57,265 nt of DNA from Candidatus Adlerbacteria bacterium (GTDB taxonomy: Bacteria; Patescibacteriota; Minisyncoccia; Phycocordibacterales; SBAW01), in NCBI GenBank assembly GCA_963796795.1, contig CAWCNA010000003.1, positions 1 to 57,265 on the forward strand, read 5' to 3'. The notes beneath the pieces are model-generated. The model did not search any database and had not been told where the DNA came from. It saw only the letters and a program-made list of their open reading frames with translations. Numbering within the stretch: position 1 is the first letter of the stretch; each line of letters begins with the position of its first letter. The translations under genes and the position numbers were made by a program. Positions 9,740 through 18,633 of the stretch are shown in pieces.

Positions 9740-10792
9740 ATGTCCATGGAAGCACTTTTTTTAATCCTACTCGGGTTTGTGCCGGCGACGCTTATTGCAC
9801 ATTTTTATGGATACTCACCGGTGTTTGTATTCTTTTTGTCAGCAGTTGCCATTATCCCACTCGCAAAATTTATTGGAGAGGGGACCGAAGAGCTTTCAGC
9901 CAGGACGAGCCCTGCGTGGGGCGGCTTGCTTGGTGCGACGTTTGGCAACGCAGTCGAACTCATTATCGGCATCTTCGCGCTCCGCGCAGGATTGTTTGAA
10001 GTAGTAAAAGCATCTATCACAGGTTCCATTATTGGAAATATTTTACTAGTGCTTGGCACCGCAATGTTGCTTGGCGGTGCGCGTCGCGAAAAGCAGGTCT
10101 TTAACAAAACGGGTGCTTTGGCTGGAGCCTCAACACTTTTTTTGGCGACTATCGCGCTTGTGATGCCTGCGATATTTTTAGAAACCGCACCGAACGTGAG
10201 TGCTTCGGTTGTTGAAAATTTAAGTATTCTCGTGTCAGTAGGCCTTGTTGTTATGTATGCGGCAGGGCTCTTCTTTTCACTCCGCACCCACAAACATTTG
10301 TTTACTGAAAACTTGGGTGAGTACAAACCTCACTGGAGCAAAACTCAAAGCATTCTCGTGCTTTTTTGTGCGACCGTCGCCACAGCGCTGATGAGCGATA
10401 TATTAGTTGGCGCTATCACTCCGCTTACACAAGAGCTACACTGGAGCCAACTCTTTATCGGCGTTATTGTCATTGCACTTATTGGAAACATTGCCGAACA
10501 CTATTCGGCCGTGATGCTCGCAGTCAAAAATAGAATGGACACCGTGCTGCAAATTTCTATCGGCTCGGCAACGCAAATTGCAATGCTCGTCGCGCCATTC
10601 TTGGTGCTCGTCTCCATACTGATACATAAACCAATGAACCTTGTGTTCAATATCTTCGAGCTTGTTTCAATTGTATTGGCTGTACTTATCGTCAACGTTA
10701 TGGTCGCCGATGGCGAGAGCAACTGGCTTGAAGGCGCACAACTTGTCGTTGCATACCTCATCGTCGCGGTCGCGTTTTTCTTCCACCCGTAG
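9740..10792 (+). CDS. Ca2+/H+ antiporter (CaCA family)
   Basis: 350 aa, polytopic, with paired alpha-repeat motifs GNAVELIIG and GNIAEH. Confidence 0.88.
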   Translation: MSMEALFLILLGFVPATLIAHFYGYSPVFVFFLSAVAIIPLAKFIGEGTEELSARTSPAWGGLLGATFGNAVELIIGIFALRAGLFEVVKASITGSIIGNILLVLGTAMLLGGARREKQVFNKTGALAGASTLFLATIALVMPAIFLETAPNVSASVVENLSILVSVGLVVMYAAGLFFSLRTHKHLFTENLGEYKPHWSKTQSILVLFCATVATALMSDILVGAITPLTQELHWSQLFIGVIVIALIGNIAEHYSAVMLAVKNRMDTVLQISIGSATQIAMLVAPFLVLVSILIHKPMNLVFNIFELVSIVLAVLIVNVMVADGESNWLEGAQLVVAYLIVAVAFFFHP

Positions 10793-10889
10793 CCTGCGAG
10801 GGTTCCATCCATAAGTTGTCCTATTGGTTTCTGCTTTTATCCACAAACCAAAGTATTTACTTTTATATTGAACAGCACATACTACATGT

Positions 10890-11378
10890 ATGGCCTTAGT
10901 ACGCTCGTGCATAATTTGTAAAAAGAAATTTAATACAAAACCGTATTTTGTAGAACGCGGTGCGGGGAAATATTGCTCCGCGACCTGTCATCATCAGGGG
11001 TTACGGAAAGGAAAGTTGTTAGCATGTTTTATTTGCAAGAAAGAAACATATAAATCCCTTAAAGCGTTGAAGAGCTCCAAAAGTAAAAAGTTTTTTTGTA
11101 GCAAGTCGTGCCAAACTACTTGGAGGAACTCTGAATTTATTGGCTCAAAACACGCAAATTGGGTAGAAGGTTTGTATGCTTATAGAAGTGTTCTCACCAG
11201 GCATGGGGTTCCTGCGATATGCAGGCGGTGCAAAATTACTGATAAAAGAATGTTGGCAGTTCATCATATAGATCAAAATCGAAAGAATAATAAGGTTGAA
11301 AATCTTACCTGGCTTTGTCATAACTGCCACCATCTAATCCACAGACATCCGGAAGAGAGAAAGAAGATACACGTTTAG
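10890..11378 (+). CDS. HNH endonuclease with N-terminal Cys-rich zinc-ribbon repeats
   Basis: HHIDQNRKNNKVENLTWLCHNCHHLIH, plus two CxxC...CxxxCH units. AT-rich codon usage. Confidence 0.8.
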   Translation: MALVRSCIICKKKFNTKPYFVERGAGKYCSATCHHQGLRKGKLLACFICKKETYKSLKALKSSKSKKFFCSKSCQTTWRNSEFIGSKHANWVEGLYAYRSVLTRHGVPAICRRCKITDKRMLAVHHIDQNRKNNKVENLTWLCHNCHHLIHRHPEERKKIHV

Positions 11379-11414
11379 CTAAATGTGTGCTATAAAAACA
11401 GCGTTCGCTTATAT

Positions 11415-11487
11415 GGTGCCCATGGTGTAACGGTTAACACTCAAGTTTGTGGAACTTGCAATGAGAGTTCGATTCTCTCTGGGCACC
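11415..11487 (+). tRNA. tRNA-His (anticodon GTG) with encoded G-1
   Basis: G(-1)+GTGCCCA pairs with TGGGCAC+C73. Anticodon stem CAAGT/ACTTG with loop TTGTGGA. T arm GAGAG-TTCGATT-CTCTC. Confidence 0.93.
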
Positions 11488-11513
11488 CACGGTTTTCAGT
11501 CCTATTTAGGCTT

Positions 11514-11654
11514 GTGAGCAAGGCATCCGTATTCAGAGATGAAGCAAATAATAACACTCACTCTCTTTTTCACATCGCTACAAAAAAAGAGCTTGAAGAC
11601 GCAGATGTGTCTTTAATCTCGGCGCTCATCAATAGTATCAACGAGTCAATCTAG
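11514..11654 (+). CDS. possible small ORF (46 aa, GTG start) coupled to the next gene
   Basis: The open frame after the tRNA ends 3 nt before the next ATG. The C-terminal text KKELEDADVSLISALINSINESI looks protein-like. There is no homology support. Confidence 0.2.
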   Translation: MSKASVFRDEANNNTHSLFHIATKKELEDADVSLISALINSINESI

Positions 11655-11657
11655 GTT

Positions 11658-12194
11658 ATGAACAGGGAACAATTCAAAATTTGGGAAAAGCAAAAAAGAC
11701 GTGAATATGAACTAGAACTTGAAAAATTACAAGAAAACTTTGCTGCGCGTGGTCTAGCATATTCTGGTATACGTAATAGAGCCGAAGCTGATCTAAAAAC
11801 AAAATATGAAGATGAAATTGAATTTAAACGGTTAAGTATTGAAAATAATATGGCGGATGACTTTGAAAAAATGAGTGAAGATGAACTTAATGCAATCGTT
11901 AGAAGGAATGAAAACTCATATGTACCAACGAGCAGATTTAATCACGCGAAGAATGAGCTCGAGATCCGTCATAGGAAAAAAATGGAAGAAATAGCCTCAA
12001 GAGGTTCAGGTTTCAGTCTTGTGGCAGGCGATATTAAAAACAGCACTATAAGTGGCAATACGGTAAATGCTTTTAATACCCATGTAAATGCAGAAAAAGA
12101 AAGTGTTTGGAGTAAATTTTTCTGGATATTTATAATTGGAATAGTTGTTATAGTTGTCGGAGGATTGTTGTTGAAATATGTATTTGGTGTTTAA
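11658..12194 (+). CDS. tail-anchored coiled-coil protein, unknown function
   Basis: 178 aa. Charged helical N-terminal region and a single C-terminal TM segment (FFWIFIIGIVVIVVGGLLL). Confidence 0.6.
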   Translation: MNREQFKIWEKQKRREYELELEKLQENFAARGLAYSGIRNRAEADLKTKYEDEIEFKRLSIENNMADDFEKMSEDELNAIVRRNENSYVPTSRFNHAKNELEIRHRKKMEEIASRGSGFSLVAGDIKNSTISGNTVNAFNTHVNAEKESVWSKFFWIFIIGIVVIVVGGLLLKYVFGV

Positions 12195-12241
12195 AATTTT
12201 TAGATTAAAAAGATTCAAGTCTGCAACATCCCAACAACACA

Positions 12242-12838
12242 ATGAAAAATCTAATTCCAAAAGACAGTCGTTATCTCCCGATGGTTCAGCAACAATGGTG
12301 CTGTGCACCTGCGTGTATCTCCATGGTTATGTATAAGCACAAACTCCCGCTTCTGCCTCAAGAAGTGCTTGGGTATCACTTTGGTCTAACTGTCCCACCT
12401 AAAGCTCAAAATCTGTTTTGGGCACCTCGAAAAGGGAAAATGCCAAAGTCCGGCTGGGGCACGCAGATTGGTTTAGGCAAAAAAGAATTTGATACTACCG
12501 CAGTGTTTAAGAAACTGAAGATTCAACTTCAGATGACGTATCACTGCAGCAAAGATTTTACACAAGAAAGCTTGCTTGATTTTTTACAAAAGATTGAGAA
12601 AAAGAATGGCGACGCACTTTTGTGTTTTGATGCAGGAGTGTTGGCTGGTACGAAGTATCGAGGTGGCCATGTCTGTGTATTTGACCGAGTGGATTCAAAG
12701 AAACAAACTGTCCGTCTTATAGACCCATCACAAAATCAACCAAAATGGAGAGAAGTAAAACTGTCTGCTTTGTATAAGGCAATGATGTACCACTGGGACA
12801 AAAGCGGAGGAGTATGGGAGTTTTCTAAACTTAAATAA
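12242..12838 (+). CDS. papain-fold cysteine peptidase-like protein (C39-like)
   Basis: Candidate catalytic Cys in QQQWCCAPACISMVMY, and His/Asp in YRGGHVCVFDRVD...VRLIDP. The pattern resembles the Peptidase_C39-like family. Assignment is from motifs only. Confidence 0.5.
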   Translation: MKNLIPKDSRYLPMVQQQWCCAPACISMVMYKHKLPLLPQEVLGYHFGLTVPPKAQNLFWAPRKGKMPKSGWGTQIGLGKKEFDTTAVFKKLKIQLQMTYHCSKDFTQESLLDFLQKIEKKNGDALLCFDAGVLAGTKYRGGHVCVFDRVDSKKQTVRLIDPSQNQPKWREVKLSALYKAMMYHWDKSGGVWEFSKLK

Positions 12839-12841
12839 CTT

Positions 12842-13327
12842 ATGGATACACAAAAAACACCAGAAGAATATTATAAGTCTCTCCCAAAAAAGTATATGGG
12901 CGCTGGAGCGCTTTTGTTTAATGAAGAGAGTAAATTTCTGATAGTAAAACCGACCTACAAACCTGGATGGGAAATTCCAGGAGGCATAGTTGAAGCGGAA
13001 GAAGCACCTGCCGACGCCGCAGTTCGAGAGATACAGGAAGAGATAGGACTTGAACTAAAGAATCCTACGCTGCTTTCCCTTCAGTATGTGCCCAATATAG
13101 ACAGCAAAGGAGATCGCCTTTTGTTTATATTTGATGGGGGAACTCTCAGCCAAGAACAAATAGACTTAATACATCTGCCTGTTACAGAACTTAGTGAATA
13201 TAAATTTATTTCAGAAACCGAAGTGCCGAGCTTCTTTGAAGACAAGAAGAACTTTCAAGATAGAATTTTAGCAGCGGTACAAGCTAAAAAACAGAACACG
13301 TTCTTTTATTTAGAGGCTAAAGAATAA
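12842..13327 (+). CDS. Nudix hydrolase
   Basis: Nudix box GGIVEAEEAPADAAVREIQEEIGLE. Confidence 0.85.
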   Translation: MDTQKTPEEYYKSLPKKYMGAGALLFNEESKFLIVKPTYKPGWEIPGGIVEAEEAPADAAVREIQEEIGLELKNPTLLSLQYVPNIDSKGDRLLFIFDGGTLSQEQIDLIHLPVTELSEYKFISETEVPSFFEDKKNFQDRILAAVQAKKQNTFFYLEAKE

Positions 13328-13347
13328 AGGTTTAACTCTAAATAAAT

Positions 13348-13806
13348 ATGAGAACCGTAAAGAAAGACATAGTATCGGCAGTTATTTACTCCAAAGAGGG
13401 GAAAATCTTTCAGGGGATGAAAGCATCCGATCCACATAATATTTATCACGACTGTTGGCATATACCTGGCGGAGGAGTTGAGCCTGGAGAAGAGTATCTT
13501 CACGCTCTTACTAGAGAATGCGAAGAAGAAATTGGTTTAGATATTAGTATCTATCCCATTGAATTGCTGGATGATAAGGGCTTTGGCAAAGGGGAGAAAA
13601 CCTTGCGTGATACAGGAGAGAGGGTTATCCAAGACATGCATTTTATTACCTACAAAATCACCATAGACAAATCTGCCACAGAAGTACCCATTCATCTTGC
13701 TGATAATGAATTTGTAAAATATGAATGGACTGAGCCAAAAGAACTAAAGAATAGAAAATTGACACCTCCGTCGGTAGAGCTATTTACCCGATTAGGTTAT
13801 CTTTAA
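13348..13806 (+). CDS. Nudix hydrolase
   Basis: Nudix box GGGVEPGEEYLHALTRECEEEIGLD. Confidence 0.85.
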   Translation: MRTVKKDIVSAVIYSKEGKIFQGMKASDPHNIYHDCWHIPGGGVEPGEEYLHALTRECEEEIGLDISIYPIELLDDKGFGKGEKTLRDTGERVIQDMHFITYKITIDKSATEVPIHLADNEFVKYEWTEPKELKNRKLTPPSVELFTRLGYL

Positions 13807-13809
13807 GAT

Positions 13810-14463
13810 ATGAAACTTCTGCTCACGTCAGGTGGCCTGACAAACAAATCAATAGAAAAGGCGCTTTTTGATTTGGTTGGTAAAAAAGCAGAAGACACTT
13901 CCTTAGTTTTCATTCCTACGGCCTCGAATGTTGAGACGGAGGATAAAGATTGGCTTATCAATGACCTTATCAATATTCGTAAACAAGGTTTTAAGGCAGT
14001 TCATATTACGGATATTTCTGCAGTTCCAGAAGATATTTGGCGACCACAGATGGAAGCAGCGGATGTTTTGTTTTTTGAAGGTGGAAACACATATCACCTT
14101 ATGCATTGGATAACTAAGTCTGGTTTAATAAATATCCTGCCTGAACTCTTGAAGACAAAGGTATATGTCGGACTAAGCGCTGGAAGTATGGTAACTAGTC
14201 CAGACTTGGCATTACGACTATCCCAATTGATATATGGTGATGAAATTGAAAAAGAGAATATGGTTGGATTGAACTACACCGATTTTTATTTCCTGCCTCA
14301 TCTCTACTCTCCCTATTTCCCAATACGTAATGCGGACAGACTTGAAGAAGTTGCCAAAACATTTTCTAAGAAGATTTATGCACTAGACGACCAGTCTGCA
14401 CTGAAGATTGTCGATGGGAAGGTTGAGATGGTCAGTGAGGGGAAGTATCTGGAATTCAACTAA
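13810..14463 (+). CDS. peptidase S51 (dipeptidase E-like) family protein
   Basis: FFEGGNTYHLMHW and VYVGLSAGSMV (nucleophile Ser) are typical of PepE/S51. Confidence 0.8.
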   Translation: MKLLLTSGGLTNKSIEKALFDLVGKKAEDTSLVFIPTASNVETEDKDWLINDLINIRKQGFKAVHITDISAVPEDIWRPQMEAADVLFFEGGNTYHLMHWITKSGLINILPELLKTKVYVGLSAGSMVTSPDLALRLSQLIYGDEIEKENMVGLNYTDFYFLPHLYSPYFPIRNADRLEEVAKTFSKKIYALDDQSALKIVDGKVEMVSEGKYLEFN

Positions 14464-14615
14464 GGAGATTCTCCATTAGGGAAGTAGCCCCTGCGGTTGC
14501 TTGTGTCCAGAAATAAGCTTATCCTGAAAGCTCCGTAGCTTAGAAGCAACAGAACTCAAGTCTTGTAGAAAATCCACTATTGGTTTTGAGTTTTGAACCG
14601 TCAGGCACCCAGAGG

Positions 14616-15077
14616 TTACGCTAAAAACTGTACGAGCTTATCGAGCTGCTGATTCCAGCCCTGCTCCATGCCGCCAATCATTTGTTCGGTGCCAGGAGCA
14701 GTACCTTCGGCGCTTGTCGTGACAGTGAGATATGTGCCGTTGTCCGCGGCTTCCAATGTGACAGATGTTGTGCCAGTGAGTAATACATTGCCTGCCTCGT
14801 CTACCGCGTTATTGCTAAAAACTAATTTCTCCGGCTTGATAATTTCTTCGAACATCCCCTTCATTGGCCATCGTGCTCCCGCAAGTGGGCCTAATGTGTC
14901 ACCTGCGAGCATGACAATATACAAGGCTCCGCCGACTTTAAGTTCAATATCGCATTCAGGAATGGTAACGCCATCAGGGCCCCACCATTGTTTTACCTCG
15001 TCGGCATCAGTGAATGCTCGCCAAACGCGTTCAGGAGCAACGTCAAGCACGCGGTTTAATGTAATTTCTTTTTTCAT
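14616..15077 (-). CDS. SRPBCC / AHSA1-like domain protein
   Basis: MKKEITLNRVLDVAPERVWRAFTDADEVKQWWGP is a typical AHSA1/START-like N-terminus. The start was trimmed to ATG 15077 because the longer ORF overlaps the divergent gene. Confidence 0.8.
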   Translation of the reverse strand: MKKEITLNRVLDVAPERVWRAFTDADEVKQWWGPDGVTIPECDIELKVGGALYIVMLAGDTLGPLAGARWPMKGMFEEIIKPEKLVFSNNAVDEAGNVLLTGTTSVTLEAADNGTYLTVTTSAEGTAPGTEQMIGGMEQGWNQQLDKLVQFLA

Positions 15078-15110
15078 ATATCTAGAATACACTAACAACC
15101 AAAAGAGAAT

Positions 15111-15872
15111 ATGAAAAAGAAAGAAACTACATCTTGGGGGCCGGTTGCGGACTGGTATAGCTCCTATTTGGAAGACACTGAAGACTCCTATCAACGGCAG
15201 GTTATTTTGCCGAACTTGTTGCGGGTACTGGATGTAAAAGAGGGAACACGGGTGTTAGATATTGCCTGCGGGCAGGGATTTTTTACGCGCGAAATGGCTT
15301 CGGCTGGGGCTGAGGTTGTGGGTGCTGACATCGCTCAAAGTTTAATTACCGAAGCAAAAAAACTTTCACCAAAAGAGATTCAGTATTATGTCGCACCTGC
15401 TGATAATTTAAATTTCACCAAGAGCGCCCAGTTTGATATTGCAACTATTATTTTGGCGATACAAAATATTAAAAATATTGATGGCGCATTTGCTGAAGCG
15501 AAGCGAGTACTTAAACCCAATGGGAGGTTAGTGCTCGTGATGATGCATCCGGCATTTCGCATACCTGGCTGTTCGAGTTGGGGTTTTGATGATGCTACGA
15601 ACATACAGTATCGTCGTATCGATGTGTATTTGTCGGCACAAAGCAAAGAAATACTTGTGCATCCGGGTAAAGAAAACAGCCCAACAACAATTTCGTACCA
15701 TCGCTCACTCCAGGATTTTTCAAAAGCACTTTTTAAAGCAGGTTTTTCAATCACACGCCTTGAAGAATGGATTTCCCACAAACAAAGCCAAAAAGGTCCG
15801 CGGGGGAACGCAGAAGATACAGCACGTAAAGAAATCCCGATGTTTTTAATGATCGAAGCTCGCACAATCTAG
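15111..15872 (+). CDS. class I SAM-dependent methyltransferase
   Basis: Motif I VLDIACGQGFF and post-I VVGADI. Confidence 0.85.
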   Translation: MKKKETTSWGPVADWYSSYLEDTEDSYQRQVILPNLLRVLDVKEGTRVLDIACGQGFFTREMASAGAEVVGADIAQSLITEAKKLSPKEIQYYVAPADNLNFTKSAQFDIATIILAIQNIKNIDGAFAEAKRVLKPNGRLVLVMMHPAFRIPGCSSWGFDDATNIQYRRIDVYLSAQSKEILVHPGKENSPTTISYHRSLQDFSKALFKAGFSITRLEEWISHKQSQKGPRGNAEDTARKEIPMFLMIEARTI

Positions 15873-15889
15873 GTGTAGTATTCAAACGT

Positions 15890-16360
15890 ATGTCCAAGAA
15901 ACCAAAAGAAAAAATGCAGAAGGTGGCGCTTGGTGTGACGCGCTGGATAGGCTCACCACAGTCCATCTTTCTCCACACGGCTGTTTTCGTAATGGGTATG
16001 GTCATCGTGTCCCTCCAGATATTTTCTTTCAACGCAGTACTTTTAGTTTTTAATACAATGGTGTCGCTTGAGGCAATTTATCTAGCGCTGTTTATCCAAA
16101 TGACAGTTAACTACACATCAGCTTCGATAGAAGAAGTCGAACAGGACATTGATGAGATCCAGGAAGACATCGACGAGATTCAGGAAGATGTGGACGAAAT
16201 CCAAGAGGATGTTGATGAAATTCAGGAAGACGTTGAAGAGATGACCGAGGACGAAAAAGAGGAAGAGGCGCTCCATGCCGGGCAGACAAAGACGCTTGAG
16301 GAAATACAAATAGGTTTGAAAAAGCTTATTATCGACATCGAGCGTTTGCAAAATAAATAA
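15890..16360 (+). CDS. DUF1003-like membrane protein with acidic heptad-repeat tail
   Basis: Two TM segments are followed by (D[IV]DEIQE) x4-5. The N-terminal part resembles the DUF1003 family. Confidence 0.65.
   Translation: MSKKPKEKMQKVALGVTRWIGSPQSIFLHTAVFVMGMVIVSLQIFSFNAVLLVFNTMVSLEAIYLALFIQMTVNYTSASIEEVEQDIDEIQEDIDEIQEDVDEIQEDVDEIQEDVEEMTEDEKEEEALHAGQTKTLEEIQIGLKKLIIDIERLQNK
16145..16249 (+). repeat. five tandem 21-bp coding repeats (DIDEIQE units)
   Basis: Units run 16145-16165, 16166-16186, 16187-16207, 16208-16228 and 16229-16249 (the last is degenerate). The peptide is conserved while third positions differ. Confidence 0.9.
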
Positions 16361-16380
16361 TACTTTTCTAGAGTAGATAT

Positions 16381-16770
16381 ATGAAAGGATTTAGAGATTT
16401 TATATTGCGCGGCAATGTCGTCGACTTGGCAGTCGGTGTTATGGTTGGTTCGGCCTTCAGTGCCGTCGTCACATCACTCGTAAAAGATTTGCTCACGCCA
16501 TTTATTGCGGCCTTGGTGCACGAGCCGGACTTTTCAAAAATGACATTCACTATCCACGGGAGCCAGTTCTTGTATGGGGACTTCATTAACGCGTTTGTAT
16601 CCTTCCTTATTATTGCAAGCACCATTTATTTCTTTATAGTGCTGCCAGTCAACAAATTACTTACACGCTTCCAGGGCGCACCCGAGTCTCCTAAAAAGTC
16701 GAACGAGGAAAAGCTGCTTGAAGAAATCCGCGACTTGCTCAAAAACCCTCCTGGAGAGAAGCCCGAGTAA
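16381..16770 (+). CDS. mscL: large-conductance mechanosensitive channel
   Basis: MKGFRDFILRGNVVDLAVGVMVGSAFSAVVTSLV is the canonical MscL N-terminus. Confidence 0.9.
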   Translation: MKGFRDFILRGNVVDLAVGVMVGSAFSAVVTSLVKDLLTPFIAALVHEPDFSKMTFTIHGSQFLYGDFINAFVSFLIIASTIYFFIVLPVNKLLTRFQGAPESPKKSNEEKLLEEIRDLLKNPPGEKPE

Positions 16771-16785
16771 TGGTATACTTTTGAA

Positions 16786-17478
16786 ATGTCTGAGCACAAA
16801 AAAGTAGAAATTTCCCCTTCGGTCGCCATTATCATCGCTGGTATTATCATCGCCGGAGCTATTGTATTTACAAACAATCATGCACCCGCTGCAGCTGTCG
16901 CTGCGGGCACCGGTGTGGCACCTACTATTTCTGCCGCGAGCATCCGTCCGCCGACCTCGGGGGACCATATCATAGGTTCGCCGACGGCACCCATTGTTCT
17001 TATTGAATACTCGGACTTCCAATGCCCCTACTGCCAGATGATTTATCCGACCCTGCAAAAAATTGTGAGCGAGTCGAATGGACAAATCGCGTGGGTCTAC
17101 CGCGAATTTCCACTGACAAGCATCCACCCGCAAGCTGGGCCGGCTGCAAATGCAGCAGAGTGTATCTCGGCACAGCTCGGAAACACTGGCTTCTGGAAAT
17201 ATGCGGACACGGTGTTTACCAATCAAGCGTCGCTCAACCCAGCATACTCTGCACAATTAGCGCAGCAGTTTGGTGCCGATATGACCAAGTACAGCCAATG
17301 CATCACGGCCTCGACCTATCAAAAAAATATTGATGCCGACACCGCCGAGGCAGAAGCCGCAGGTGGTACCGGCACGCCGTTTACCATTGTCCTTAATACC
17401 AAAACAGGGAAAGCGGCTCCTATTTCAGGCGCGCTTCCGTACGCGCAGATTATGTCGGTAATAAAGAGCGTACAGTAA
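16786..17478 (+). CDS. membrane-anchored DsbA-family thiol:disulfide oxidoreductase
   Basis: N-terminal TM segment and the thioredoxin-fold active site FQCPYC. Confidence 0.8.
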   Translation: MSEHKKVEISPSVAIIIAGIIIAGAIVFTNNHAPAAAVAAGTGVAPTISAASIRPPTSGDHIIGSPTAPIVLIEYSDFQCPYCQMIYPTLQKIVSESNGQIAWVYREFPLTSIHPQAGPAANAAECISAQLGNTGFWKYADTVFTNQASLNPAYSAQLAQQFGADMTKYSQCITASTYQKNIDADTAEAEAAGGTGTPFTIVLNTKTGKAAPISGALPYAQIMSVIKSVQ

Positions 17479-17492
17479 CGTCTAAAGAGTGT

Positions 17493-18294
17493 ATGAACGG
17501 ATTATTTGAAGGTCACGCAGGAGAGAATTTGCGTAAGGCATTATTTGTAACCGTCGTTGTGTTTGCAGTCTTTTTAGCCGTTGAAGTAACAACCGGCCTT
17601 TTGCAAATGCGCTACATTGGCGCGGGGATTGCAGCAGCTAACACAATTACGGTAAGCGGACATGGCCAAGCTCTTGGCGTGCCGAATATCGCGACGTTTA
17701 CATTTTCTGTTGTGTCCGACAGATCAACCGTTGCTGCGGCACAAGCAGATGCGACAACAAAAGCAAATGCAACGACTGCGTACCTGACAGGTGCGGGTGT
17801 TGCCGCGGCAGATATTCAAACGAGTAATTATTCCATCGAACCCCAATACAGCTATAACAGCCCGGTCTGCACGAACGGCTTCTGCCCTCCGTCTAATCAG
17901 AACATTAACCGGCTATGAAGTAAGCCAAACCACAACGGTGAAAGTCCGTGATACATCTAAGGCGGGCACATTGCTTGCCGGAGTTGGAAGTACAGGTGCG
18001 ACACAGGTCAGTGGCCTCACCTTTACCTTCGATGACCCGACATCAGTACAGACAGACGCGCGTAACAAAGCAATTGCTGATGCAAAAACAAAAGCGCAGG
18101 CGCTCGCACAGCAACTCGGTGTCTCGCTTGTGCGTGTCACTGCGTTCAACGAAAATACTGGCGGCACGAGCCCCATGCCCATGGTCTACAACATGGCTAC
18201 AGCTTCGGGCGGGGCAGCAGCAAGTGCTCCAAATATCTCCGTTGGCCAAAATAATGTTACTGACGATGTTTCTGTGACCTACGAAATTCGATAA
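17493..18294 (+). pseudogene. SIMPL (DUF541) domain protein, frame-disrupted as sequenced
   Basis: ORF 17493-17918 ends ...PPSNQNINRL*. The +1 frame continues (I)TGYEVSQTTTVKVRDTSKAG...ARNKAIADAKTKAQALAQQLG, the conserved SIMPL core. The shift is probably at ttaacc near 17900-17912. Confidence 0.75.
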
Positions 18295-18304
18295 TTCCTA
18301 CTAC

Positions 18305-18333
18305 TTGACTCGGGCGTTTAAAACCCCTACTAT
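18305..18333 (+). promoter_or_regulatory. sigma70-like promoter candidate upstream of secE-nusG
   Basis: TTGACT (18305-18310), 17-nt spacer, TACTAT (18328-18333). Confidence 0.35.
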
Positions 18334-18418
18334 GTGGCTATATAAGCCCCGGGAGGGGTTTTAAAATTGGCAAATTTAACCAAGAAAGAGCGCCGCGTCC
18401 AAAGGACGATTACGCGGC

Positions 18419-18607
18419 ATGATTTCGACAAAATCAATGTTTAATTACTTTAAAGACGTTCGCGCAGAAATGAGACACGTATCGTGGCCGACTCGCCGCC
18501 AAGCTATTGTATATACAGTGGTGGTTATTGCTGTATCGCTCGTAACTGCCGTTTACCTCGGGCTGCTGGACTACTTCTTTTCTTTCATCATCCAGAAGGT
18601 TATCTAG
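18419..18607 (+). CDS. secE: preprotein translocase subunit SecE
   Basis: 62 aa. EMRHVSWPTRRQ followed by a single TM segment. It lies directly upstream of nusG. Confidence 0.85.
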   Translation: MISTKSMFNYFKDVRAEMRHVSWPTRRQAIVYTVVVIAVSLVTAVYLGLLDYFFSFIIQKVI

Positions 18608-18633
18608 TTCTTTATCCACCCAATTTTTTATCT

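Noticed and set aside
9598-9999. A 133-aa plus-strand ORF overlapping tRNA-Leu and the start of the Ca2+/H+ exchanger.
   Set aside because: It covers the antisense of a well-folded tRNA and is out of frame with a strongly supported transporter gene. No motifs were found.
11385-11654. An 89-aa ORF in the track that spans tRNA-His.
   Set aside because: Its first half is the tRNA-His gene itself (11415-11487). Only the tail after a GTG at 11514 could conceivably be coding, and that is listed separately with low confidence.
16145-16249. The 21-bp tandem repeats as a possible CRISPR or minisatellite.
   Set aside because: The units are contiguous with no spacers, in frame, and inside a coding sequence. 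No cas genes or repeat-spacer architecture exist anywhere in the window.
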